Source: a virus
Taxonomy: Duplodnaviria > Heunggongvirae > Uroviricota > Caudoviricetes
Virus record (IMG/VR): IMGVR_UViG_2706794681_000016
Reading direction: 5' to 3' (one strand)
Length of the DNA stretch: 7,056 nucleotides
The position numbers and the translations under genes are program-made. Shown here in pieces: positions 1 through 7,056 of this stretch. How positions within the stretch are numbered: the stretch's first letter is position 1; the number at the start of each line of letters is the position of its first letter. The notes beneath the pieces were generated by a model that saw only the letters and a program-made list of their open reading frames with translations, ran no database searches and had not been told where the DNA came from.

Positions 1-75
1 GAACAGGAGGGACAGCTGATAGAAACAGAAGCCACTGGAGCACCTCAAAAACACCATCATACACTAAATCAGTAA

Positions 76-588
76 GTTGGCAGCATCACCGGGGGCGCAG
101 ACCCTGATTATGTTATCTGGGCGAAAGAAGTTCAGGGTATTAACCGTGCATGGACTTTCAGACACTGGAAAGGCACTGGAACGGTTGGCGTGATGGTGGC
201 GACAAACGATCCGGAACGCCCGGCCCCGGATGAAAGCGTGATTAACGCAGTCAGGGACCACATCCTTCCTCTGGCACCTGTTGCCGGAAGCGGATTGTAT
301 GTATTCGGTGCCACAGAAAAAGTCATCCCGATGACGATTGCATTATCGAAAGACACACCGCAGATCAGGACTGCAATAAAAGCAGAGCTGAATGCACTGA
401 TGTTACGGGATGGTGTGCCAGAGGGGCGTATGTATCTGTCCAGAATCAGTGAGGCCATCAGTTTGTCTGCTGGTGAAGTGGCCCACCGGTTAATCGTCCC
501 TTCATCGGATATTGACCTGGGGGAGACCGAGCTTCCGGTGCTCGGCGAGATCACCTGGCAGGCTTATGACCCGGCAAGGAGTAAATAA
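76..588 (+). pseudogene. baseplate J-like protein, C-terminal fragment (5'-truncated)
   Basis: Frame 1 is open from 76 to TAA 586-588 and reads ...GGADPDYVIWAKEVQGINRAWTF..., which I recognise as the conserved C-terminal region of P2 gpJ / Mu gp47 baseplate proteins. There is an in-frame TAA at 73-75 and no ATG/GTG/TTG before GTG 190, so at most ~170 codons of a normally ~300-370 aa protein are present. Family call is from memory. Confidence 0.5.
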
Positions 589-1178
589 TGGATTCGTTAC
601 AGGATGATTATACAAAGCTGCTGTACGGACTGATGCCGCCGGGGCCTGCATGGTCAGATACCGACGGTGTACTTGACGGTCTGGCACCATCGCTTGTGCG
701 TGTTCACCAGCGGGCTGATGAACTGGTGATTGAAATCGATCCCGGTCAGTCCACAGAGCTGATTGAACGTTATGAAGAATTGTATGGTTTACCTGATTCC
801 TGTTCCCCTGTCGGAACCCAGACATTACGCCAGCGTCAGCAACGTCTTGAAGCAAAAGCCAATGTGGCTGGTGGCATAAATGAGCAGTTCTTCCTGGATC
901 AGCTTGAGGCGCTGGGATATACCGGCGTAACGATCGAACAGTTCCAGCACTTGGATGCAAGCCCCGATCCGGAATGGGGAGATCGCTGGCGTTATTTCTG
1001 GCGTGTGACGTTGCCGATGGATGCCGGTGCTCAGTGGCAGACATGCACGGACGCCTGCAACACACCGATCCGGACGTGGGGGGATACGGTTGCGGAGTGC
1101 GTGATTAATAAATTATGTCCGTCACACACCGTCGTTTTATTTTCCTATCCAGATGAGGATGAAGATGCACAGGATTGA
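588..1178 (+). CDS. phage tail protein, Mu gp48 / DUF2313 (YmfQ-like)
   Basis: 196-aa ORF; ATG 588 overlaps the upstream stop (TAATG) with AAGGA 9 nt upstream. The product (MDSLQDDYTKLLYGLMPPGPAW...YEELYGLP...) resembles the DUF2313 tail proteins that precede the fibre gene in Mu and e14-type tail modules. Position between baseplate J and the tail fibre fits. Confidence 0.7.
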   Translation: MDSLQDDYTKLLYGLMPPGPAWSDTDGVLDGLAPSLVRVHQRADELVIEIDPGQSTELIERYEELYGLPDSCSPVGTQTLRQRQQRLEAKANVAGGINEQFFLDQLEALGYTGVTIEQFQHLDASPDPEWGDRWRYFWRVTLPMDAGAQWQTCTDACNTPIRTWGDTVAECVINKLCPSHTVVLFSYPDEDEDAQD

Positions 1179-2205
1179 TACGCTGACTGCGGTAAAAGAT
1201 AAGTTTGGTCCGGGTAAGAACGGATTTACTGACGGAAATCTTCGCACAGGACGTCTTGCTACCTGGCTGAACAGTGCCATGTGGAATGCCATTCAGGAGG
1301 AAATCTGTGGTGTCATTGAGAAGGCCGGGATAGAACTGAATAAAGAAGAACACGACCAGCTATATAAGGCTATATTATTGCTGGTGGGCGGTGCAATTAA
1401 CGAAGAGGCATTGCTGATAAAAAATAACCTTTCGGATGTGGAAGACAGGGATGAGGCTGTTGAAAACCTCGGATTAAAACCCACGGTGGATAAGGCAAAA
1501 AATGCCGTTCAGCGTGATGGCGACACCATGACCGGAGAGCTGAAAATCCGTGGTGTTAATGCGCTGAGGATTTTCAACGAAGCTTTTGGCCTGATTTTTC
1601 GTCGTTCGGAAGAGTGCCTGCACCTTATTCCCACCAGTGAAGGTCAGGGGGAAAATGGCGATATTGGTCCCCTGCGCCCGTTCACCATTAATCTGCGGAC
1701 GGGTGAAATATCCATGTCGCATAAAGTGTCTGTTGGCGGTGGTTCGCAGGTCAATGGTGCGCTGGGTATCGGCGTTCAGAACGCCCTGGGGGGGAATTCA
1801 ATTGTTCTTGGTGATAATGACACCGGATTCAAACAGAATGGTGATGGCCTGCTGGATGTTTATGCCAATAGCGTGCATGTGTTGCGTTTTCAGAGTGGCA
1901 GTATCCAGAGTAATAAAGCTGTAAACGTTACAGGACGGGTAACACCGTCAGACTACGGAAACTTTGATGCCCGTTACCAGCAGCGAAATGGTGGCGTGCA
2001 GGATGTGCGGTATGGTTATGAAATGTATTACCCCCCCGGCAGTAACACCGTTTCGTGGACATTTCGCTCACCTTCGGGACACGGGCTGTCAGGGATATCG
2101 ATATCGGATACCGGCCGTAACTCAGCGGATAACGTCAACGGCGTGTATTACCGACCGCTGCAAAAACTGATTAATGGCACCTGGTATAACGTAGCGAGTA
2201 TTTAA
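1165..2205 (+). CDS. tail fibre protein (P2 gpH / Mu S-like C-terminal receptor-binding region)
   Basis: ORF open from 1153; ATG 1165 is preferred because GAGGA lies 5 nt upstream (1153 and 1159 are alternatives). The C-terminal segment ...ALGGNSIVLGDNDTGFKQNGDGLLDVYANS...INGTWYNVASI matches the conserved distal motif of P2 gpH-type fibres as I recall it; the N-terminal ~60 aa resemble a fibre attachment domain. Confidence 0.8.
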   Translation: MHRIDTLTAVKDKFGPGKNGFTDGNLRTGRLATWLNSAMWNAIQEEICGVIEKAGIELNKEEHDQLYKAILLLVGGAINEEALLIKNNLSDVEDRDEAVENLGLKPTVDKAKNAVQRDGDTMTGELKIRGVNALRIFNEAFGLIFRRSEECLHLIPTSEGQGENGDIGPLRPFTINLRTGEISMSHKVSVGGGSQVNGALGIGVQNALGGNSIVLGDNDTGFKQNGDGLLDVYANSVHVLRFQSGSIQSNKAVNVTGRVTPSDYGNFDARYQQRNGGVQDVRYGYEMYYPPGSNTVSWTFRSPSGHGLSGISISDTGRNSADNVNGVYYRPLQKLINGTWYNVASI

Positions 2206-2207
2206 CA

Positions 2208-2753
2208 ATGTTGCATTTAAAAAATATTACGGCAGGTAATCCGAAAACCGCGGAATAATATCAGCTGACAAAACAGTATGATGTCACCTGGCTTTTTTCG
2301 GAAGACGGCAAAAACTGGTATGAAGAACAGAAGAACTTTGCCAGTGACACCATAAAAATGGTTTACACCGGAGACGGGCGCGTGGTGTGGGTCGGTAAGG
2401 ATGTGACAGGCATTGAACCCCGTAACGCCAGTGTTATTGAAGTTCCTGATATTACCGCCAACCGCCGCATTACCGCGCCGGGTTACTGGTTTTACCGCAA
2501 TGATGAATTTGTCTTTGACTACAGACTCAAAGCGGAAGATGAGCGTGATGCCCTTCTGGCTCAGGTCAGTGCCCGGACAGGGGAATGGGAAGAAGACCTG
2601 CTGCTGGGGCTAATCAGCGACGAAGACCGGGAAAAACTGAAAGCGTACCGTATTTACGCGAAATCGCTGCAGGCGATGGATTTCAGCACCATCACTGATA
2701 AATCCTCATATAACGCCATTGAATGGTCCGTCTCTCCGGAAGGTTCTTCCTGA
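2208..2753 (+). pseudogene. tail fibre assembly chaperone (Tfa family) with in-frame TAA at codon 17
   Basis: ATG 2208 lies 2 nt after the fibre stop and reads MLHLKNITAGNPKTAE, then TAA at 2256-2258, then continues in the same frame as YQLTKQYDVTWLFSEDGKNWYEEQKNF... to 2753. Both the N-terminus and the C-terminal ...IEWSVSPE match the TfaQ/TfaR/lambda-Tfa family from memory. The largest uninterrupted ORF is 2358..2753 (131 aa) with no obvious RBS. Confidence 0.6.
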
Positions 2754-2776
2754 TTTAATTTATCGCGAGAAAAACT

Positions 2777-4045
2777 ATGTCTGTAGTGATATCAGGTGCG
2801 CTGACTGATGGCGCAGGCATCCCCATGTCCGGATGCCAGATTATTCTGAAATCCCGTGTAAACACCTCAGAAGTGGTGATGCGTACCAGGGCTGATGTAG
2901 TGACCGGAAATAACGGTGAATATTCGTTTGAGGCACAGGTCGGAAAATATTGCGTGTATCTGAAACGGGACTGGCGCGACGAGTACTGTGTTGGCGACAT
3001 TGCTGTATACGACGACTCAAAGCCCGGCACGCTGAATGACTTTCTGATTGCTCCTGATGAGGGCGACCTGAAACCGGATGTCGTCAAACGCTTTGAGGAA
3101 ATGGTGGCGCAGGCGCAGCAGAGCGCCGGGGCCGCAGCCGGAAACGCACAGCAGACGGCGCAGGATGTGGCGGCAGCCGCAGGTTATGCCCGCGCAGCAG
3201 AGCAGGCCAAAAATGACATTGATGCTGCGCTGACCGGCACTCTGAAAACGGCTAACCATCTGTCTGAAATCGCAGCAGCAGGCGAAAAGGCACAACAGAA
3301 GTCCCGGGATAATCTGGGGCTGAAAAGTGCGGCCACGATGGAAGCACAGAGCGACATTTACGACCGGACAAAAGGCCGTCTGGCGATACCCGGCGCATTC
3401 GGCTTTGGGTGTGCTTTTCTGCCTGAAGATGTTATCCGTTTTGACACTAAGAGTGATTTCCTGGCCTGGGTAAGGAATGCGCTGCCAGGTGAATATTCCG
3501 TTGCTGGCCCCTACGACATCATCATACCCGACACACGGTTTGAAGGGGTGCTCAGCATCCGGTGGACTGATGCACGCCCTGAGACAACAGAACCGAGGTA
3601 CAGAGCCAAATCCCTTACTTTTTACGGCATTAACGGCCCCATTTATCACACCCGCTACTGCTACTGGCCCATATCCAGACTGACTGGCTGGGTGAAAATA
3701 AATATAACCACAGAAGATATTATTTACAGAATCGTGGCGAGCTCTGTCTGCAACAGATGGGGAGACCCTGACATTGGCGGGCTGATTATTGCTGCGTACC
3801 AGGGAGAAGCTGACGGTGATAAAGTCATCAGACTTGTCAGGGGGCAGTCATACAGAGGCTCACGACTGGGACCGGTGGGGATTTCAGTGCCCAGTACTCC
3901 CACCGGAACGTATATAGCATCCCCACAATTTTTCATTACGGGATGTTCAGAGCATTCATTACCGGGGTCATATAGCGCCCTGTCCGGGGTGCCGGATGCT
4001 CATGTCTCTGGCGCAATGCCCGGGCTTTTTATTCGCACATCGTGA
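2777..4045 (+). CDS. side tail fibre protein, lambda Stf-like N-terminal domain, Ala-rich shaft, unassigned C-terminal domain
   Basis: 422-aa ORF. The N-terminus MSVVISGALTDGAGIPMSGCQIILKSRVNTSEVV...VYDDSKPGTLNDFL parallels lambda Stf (MAVKISGVLKDGTGKPVQNCTIQLKARRN...YEDSQPGTLNDFL) as I recall it. An Ala/Gln-rich low-complexity linker follows (~3100..3300); the C-terminal ~230 aa have no motif I recognise. Confidence 0.8.
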   Translation: MSVVISGALTDGAGIPMSGCQIILKSRVNTSEVVMRTRADVVTGNNGEYSFEAQVGKYCVYLKRDWRDEYCVGDIAVYDDSKPGTLNDFLIAPDEGDLKPDVVKRFEEMVAQAQQSAGAAAGNAQQTAQDVAAAAGYARAAEQAKNDIDAALTGTLKTANHLSEIAAAGEKAQQKSRDNLGLKSAATMEAQSDIYDRTKGRLAIPGAFGFGCAFLPEDVIRFDTKSDFLAWVRNALPGEYSVAGPYDIIIPDTRFEGVLSIRWTDARPETTEPRYRAKSLTFYGINGPIYHTRYCYWPISRLTGWVKINITTEDIIYRIVASSVCNRWGDPDIGGLIIAAYQGEADGDKVIRLVRGQSYRGSRLGPVGISVPSTPTGTYIASPQFFITGCSEHSLPGSYSALSGVPDAHVSGAMPGLFIRTS

Positions 4046-4055
4046 GGAATGCACC

Positions 4056-4785
4056 GTGGAAATTAAAAAAATCATTAATCCCCGTTATACCGAAAGTGGC
4101 GCAGTAGACTGTGACGTTTTTTTTGACGACAGGGACCAGGCAGTCCCCTACACAGCCACCGCTGATGATGTCGCACCGACGGGTCAGCGAATCTGGCAGG
4201 AACTGCAAAGTGGCAAATGGGGTGAGATAGCCCCATTCACTGTGACACCAGAAATGCTGGAAGCGGCCAGAGAGGCCAGACGTCAGGAAATTGAAGCATG
4301 GCGCACAGAACAGGAGGCGAAGCCGTTCACGTTTGAATGGAACGGTCGTATCTGGAATGCTGGCCCCAACTCACTGGGCCGCCTGTCCCCGGTAGTCATG
4401 CTGGCAAAATCTGTCACAGCACAAACNNNNNNNNNNNNNNNNNNNNNNNNNNNNNNNNNNNNNNNNNNNNNNNNNNNNNNNNNNNNNNNNNNNNNNNNNN
4501 NNNNNNNNNNNNNNNNNNNNNNNNNNNNNNNNNNACTCACTGGGCCGCCTGTCCCCGGTAGTCATGCTGGCAAAATCTGTCACAGCACAAACGCATATGG
4601 CGTGGGGTGATGCCGATAATCAGCAGGTGAAACTGTCGATGCCGGAACTGGAAGAACTGGCGGCAGCAATGGTGCAGGCGCAGGTCGATCGCAACGATGA
4701 GATTTATCGCCGTCAGCGTGAAATGAAAGAGGAGCTGAGTGGTCTGGAGGATTTGGGAACAATTAGAGCGTTTGATGTTACGTAA
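4056..4785 (+). CDS. putative tail fibre assembly chaperone (interrupted by assembly gap)
   Basis: GTG 4056 lies 6 nt after GAGGAA (4044-4049). The ORF runs into the N gap in frame 0 and resumes in frame 1 to TAA 4783-4785. Removing the 166-nt offset between the duplicated gap flanks gives one continuous ~187-aa ORF. Function is inferred mainly from its position immediately downstream of a fibre gene; family is uncertain. Confidence 0.5.
4369..4426. repeat. 58-bp direct repeat, copy 1 (left flank of assembly gap)
   Basis: actcactgggccgcctgtccccggtagtcatgctggcaaaatctgtcacagcacaaac is identical to 4535..4592. Confidence 0.9.
4427..4534. other. assembly gap (108 N)
   Basis: Uninterrupted run of N seen directly in the sequence. 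Confidence 0.97.
4535..4592. repeat. 58-bp direct repeat, copy 2 (right flank of assembly gap)
   Basis: Identical to 4369..4426; looks like an unmerged contig overlap. Confidence 0.9.
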
Positions 4786-4831
4786 TTGGTAAGCTGCATC
4801 GTGTTAAATTGTTACCCTTATTTACAACTAG

Positions 4832-4865
4832 AAAAGCCTCTGACTTCATAATCAGAGGCTTTTTT
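4832..4865 (+). terminator. rho-independent terminator (partly bidirectional)
   Basis: Perfect 12-bp stem aaaagcctctga (4832-4843) / tcagaggctttt (4852-4863) with an 8-nt loop, followed by a T6 run on the + strand. On the minus strand the hairpin is followed by TTTTC, so it may also act on transcripts reading through from ssrA. Confidence 0.65.
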
Positions 4866-4866
4866 G

Positions 4867-4882
4867 AAATGCACGTGCATTT
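4867..4882. repeat. perfect 16-bp palindrome AAATGCACGTGCATTT
   Basis: Seen directly in the sequence; lies between the terminator and the ssrA 3' end. Function unknown. Confidence 0.9.
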
Positions 4883-4983
4883 TGCGTGTATATTTTTGTC
4901 TTTTTCTGGTCCGCTTACTGTCTGGTCAGTGTCCGTAAGTGACTGTTTTTATAGTCTCTGTCCGGTTGCAGTCCTGTCAAAAG

Positions 4984-5346
4984 TGGTGGAGCTGGCGGGA
5001 GTTGAACCCGCGTCCGAAATTCCTACATCCTCGGTACTACATGCTTAGTCAGTCTTTACATTCGCTTGCCAGCTGCGGACGGACACGCCACTAACAAACT
5101 AGCCTGATTAAGTTTTAACGCTTCAACCCCAGGCAGGGCTTCCACGCGATCTCTTTTGGGTTTGACCTCTCTTGATCCCCGTCCTAAGAGCGGAGGCTAG
5201 GGAGAGAGGGCTCTAAGCAGGTTATTAAGCTGCTAAAGCGTAGTTTTCGTCGTTTGCGACTATTTTTTGCGGCTTTTTACGAGGCCAACCGCCCCTCGGC
5301 ATGCACCTTGGGTTTCGCAAATCCCGTCGAATCCAGAATCAGCCCC
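4984..5346 (-). ncRNA. ssrA: tmRNA (transfer-messenger RNA)
   Basis: 363-nt minus-strand match to the E. coli tmRNA as I recall it: 5' GGGGCTGATTCTGGATTCGACGGG... to 3' ...GGGTTCAACTCCCGCCAGCTCCACCA. The tag reading frame on the minus strand (plus coordinates 5257..5225) encodes ANDENYALAA followed by a stop. Confidence 0.95.
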
Positions 5347-5392
5347 AATGTGTAAAGGTAAGTATACCAGATTTATGAGCGCCATGACCAGC
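5347..5392 (-). promoter_or_regulatory. candidate ssrA promoter
   Basis: Minus-strand TATACT (plus 5361-5366) lies 14 nt upstream of the mature 5' end, consistent with a short processed leader. A weak -35-like TGGTCA (plus 5385-5390) sits at 18-bp spacing. Hexamer match only. Confidence 0.35.
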
Positions 5393-5560
5393 CTCAATGG
5401 CGTTATCGTTAAAGATTTAGCACCCATGTAGCCTGATTTTTATTCGATTAAGCAATGGGATGGCAACATTTGTGTCGGATGTGATAGCCAATAAGATGTT
5501 CATTCGCGCCGCCGGAGAGGGAGGCGCGGTGAGGAACTGGTCAATAATTGGAGTGCAGGT

Positions 5561-6043
5561 TTAACGGTGGGCGTTTTTCATGATACGTGCTTTATCCACC
5601 TGCCATTCGCGTTCTTTGATATCTGAACGTTTATCGTGCTGTTTTTTACCTTTGGCGACGCCGATTTTCACTTTGCACCAGGCATTTTTCCAGTACAGGG
5701 AGAGCGCCACTACGGTATAGCCTTCTCGATTGACGCGACCGTACAATGAGTCCAGTTCGCGCTGGTTGAGAAGTAACTTGCGGGTACGGGTAGGATCGCA
5801 CACCACATGCGTGGAGGCCACGGCCATTGGCGTGATGTTAGCGCCAAACAGAAATGCCTCTCCGTCACGCAGAAGGACGTAGCTGTCGCTGATATTGGCT
5901 TTTCCTGCGCGCAGGGATTTAACTTCCCAGCCTTGCAGGGCAAGTCCCGCTTCGAACTCTTCTTCGATAAAGTATTCGTGACGGGCGCGCTTGTTAAGCG
6001 CGATGGTCGCTGAACCAGGTTTATGTGCTTTTTTCTTCGTCAT
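5561..6043 (-). CDS. smpB: SsrA-binding protein SmpB
   Basis: 160-aa ORF ([25 protein letters not shown]...IMKNAHR) matching E. coli SmpB from memory; ATG at 6041-6043 (minus) and TAA at 5561-5563; located directly upstream of ssrA on the same strand. Confidence 0.95.
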
Positions 6044-6174
6044 AAGCGTCGTGAATCATCGGTAATCTGAAATCGAAAACACCCCATATCAATCCTGCGG
6101 GGGACAAGGCTCTATCTTAGCATGAACCCGATGTTACCCAGCGCCGGGATAGCGTTTTTTTTACAGCAGGATAA

Positions 6175-6651
6175 ATGATATTATTTGTTGGATTTTTGTT
6201 GATGGAAATAGTTATGCCTCAGATTAGCCGGACCGCACTGGTACCCTACAGCGCGGAGCAAATGTATCAGTTAGTGAATGACGTTCAGTCTTATCCTCAG
6301 TTTTTGCCGGGTTGTACCGGAAGTCGGATTCTGGAGTCCACTCCTGGGCAGATGACTGCGGCGGTAGATGTCTCTAAGGCTGGGATCAGCAAAACGTTTA
6401 CTACCCGCAACCAGTTGACCAGTAACCAAAGTATTCTTATGAATCTGGTGGATGGGCCGTTCAAGAAATTGATTGGTGGATGGAAGTTTACGCCGCTGAG
6501 CCAGGAGGCGTGTCGTATCGAGTTTCATCTCGACTTTGAGTTTACCAATAAGTTGATTGAACTCGCCTTTGGTCGCGTGTTTAAAGAGCTGGCGTCTAAT
6601 ATGGTCCAGGCTTTTACGGTTCGTGCGAAAGAGGTTTACAGTGCTAGGTAA
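6175..6651 (+). CDS. ratA: RatA/PasT (SRPBCC, Coq10-like protein)
   Basis: 158-aa ORF ([43 protein letters not shown]...) matching E. coli RatA/YfjG as I recall it; AGGA 5 nt upstream of ATG 6175; divergent from smpB as in E. coli. An internal ATG at 6214 is an alternative start. Confidence 0.9.
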   Translation: MILFVGFLLMEIVMPQISRTALVPYSAEQMYQLVNDVQSYPQFLPGCTGSRILESTPGQMTAAVDVSKAGISKTFTTRNQLTSNQSILMNLVDGPFKKLIGGWKFTPLSQEACRIEFHLDFEFTNKLIELAFGRVFKELASNMVQAFTVRAKEVYSAR

Positions 6652-6931
6652 AATTGCCGTTGAGGTGGCTTATGCGCTACCTGAGAAGCAGTACCTGCAG
6701 CGCGTGACGCTGCAGGAGGGCGCGACGGTTGAAGAAGCTATTCGCGCCAGTGGCTTGCTGGAATTGCGTACCGATATCGATTTAACTAAAAACAAAGTCG
6801 GCATTTACAGCCGTCCGGCAAAACTAAGCGATAGTGTGCATGATGGCGATCGGGTGGAGATTTATCGCCCTCTCATTGCCGATCCGAAAGAGCTTCGCAG
6901 GCAACGAGCAGAAAAATCAGCGAATAAATAA
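6641..6931 (+). CDS. ratB: RatB (UPF0125 / RnfH-like protein)
   Basis: GTG 6641 gives a 96-aa product ([28 protein letters not shown]...AEKSANK) matching the E. coli YfjF/RatB length and sequence as I recall them. It overlaps the last 11 nt of ratA. The longer ORF from ATG 6557 (124 aa) would overlap ratA by 95 nt and is less likely. Confidence 0.85.
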   Translation: MLGKIAVEVAYALPEKQYLQRVTLQEGATVEEAIRASGLLELRTDIDLTKNKVGIYSRPAKLSDSVHDGDRVEIYRPLIADPKELRRQRAEKSANK

Positions 6932-7008
6932 CAGACAGAAAAAAGGTGCTCATTGAGCTAATGCCGATCAGTTAAGGATCAGTTGACCGATCCAGTGGCT
7001 GTGTAAGA

Positions 7009-7042
7009 ATCCGGAAACGCTCACTTGTTTCCGGATTTTTTT
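7009..7042 (+). terminator. rho-independent terminator downstream of ratB
   Basis: 10-bp stem atccggaaac (7009-7018) / gtttccggat (7027-7036), 8-nt loop, then a T7 run (7036-7042). Confidence 0.7.
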
Positions 7043-7056
7043 ATGCACATTGGACA

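Noticed and set aside
502-1065. 187-aa minus-strand ORF
   Set aside because: Antisense to the J-like and gp48-like genes; Arg/His/Pro-rich; the sense-strand genes have recognisable family features.
1637-2170. + strand ORFs 1637..1924 and 1964..2170
   Set aside because: Alternative frames nested inside the fibre 1 gene, Cys/Arg-rich, no independent signals.
3017-3649. 210-aa minus-strand ORF
   Set aside because: Antisense to the Ala/Gln-rich shaft of the second fibre gene; GC-rich sense codons give a long open antisense frame with a Cys/Arg/Leu-rich, implausible product and no RBS.
2777-4045. Diversity-generating retroelement target in the fibre tip
   Set aside because: No reverse transcriptase ORF and no template/variable repeat pair detectable in the window.
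4427-4534. N run as a possible biological feature (e.g. masked repeat or CRISPR)
   Set aside because: Identical 58-bp flanks and the frame-restoring 166-nt offset indicate a scaffolding artefact.
1153-4785. Mu G / e14 P-type invertible fibre segment
   Set aside because: Both fibre cassettes are on the same strand and no invertase or inverted crossover repeats are seen in the window; it cannot be excluded that these lie outside it.
4809-5048. 79-aa + strand ORF
   Set aside because: Runs across the terminator and into the ssrA gene antisense; the region is accounted for by the tmRNA.
5710-6013. ORFs 5710..5943 (-) and 5807..6013 (+)
   Set aside because: Nested within smpB in other frames or antisense; smpB is strongly supported.
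6271-6528. 85-aa minus-strand ORF
   Set aside because: Antisense to ratA; no support.
6557-6931. 124-aa ORF as the ratB coding region
   Set aside because: Would overlap ratA by 95 nt; the GTG at 6641 gives the canonical 96-aa product.
6175-6931. ratA-ratB as a novel toxin-antitoxin or defence system
   Set aside because: This is the conserved core pair found next to smpB in E. coli; nothing in the sequence suggests a new system.

Overview
Draft-assembly window (108-N gap at 4427..4534) from an Escherichia/Shigella-type chromosome. Positions ~76..4785 are a prophage tail-end module on the + strand: a 5'-truncated baseplate J-like fragment, a Mu gp48/DUF2313-like tail protein, a tail fibre with a P2 gpH/Mu S-like C-terminus, a Tfa-type chaperone carrying an in-frame TAA at codon 17, a second fibre with a lambda Stf-like N-terminus and an unrecognised C-terminal domain, and a second putative chaperone interrupted by the gap. 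This module ends ~200 bp from the mature 3' end of an intact tmRNA gene (ssrA, minus strand, 4984..5346), followed by the conserved core genes smpB (minus) and ratA/pasT-ratB (plus). No integrase, invertase, CRISPR array, or recognisable defence or toxin gene is visible. I do not see a convincing novel multi-gene system; the strongest candidates for follow-up are the tandem dual fibre/chaperone cassettes and the chimeric second fibre. All family assignments come from reading the translated ORFs against remembered protein families, with no database search, so they need confirmation.
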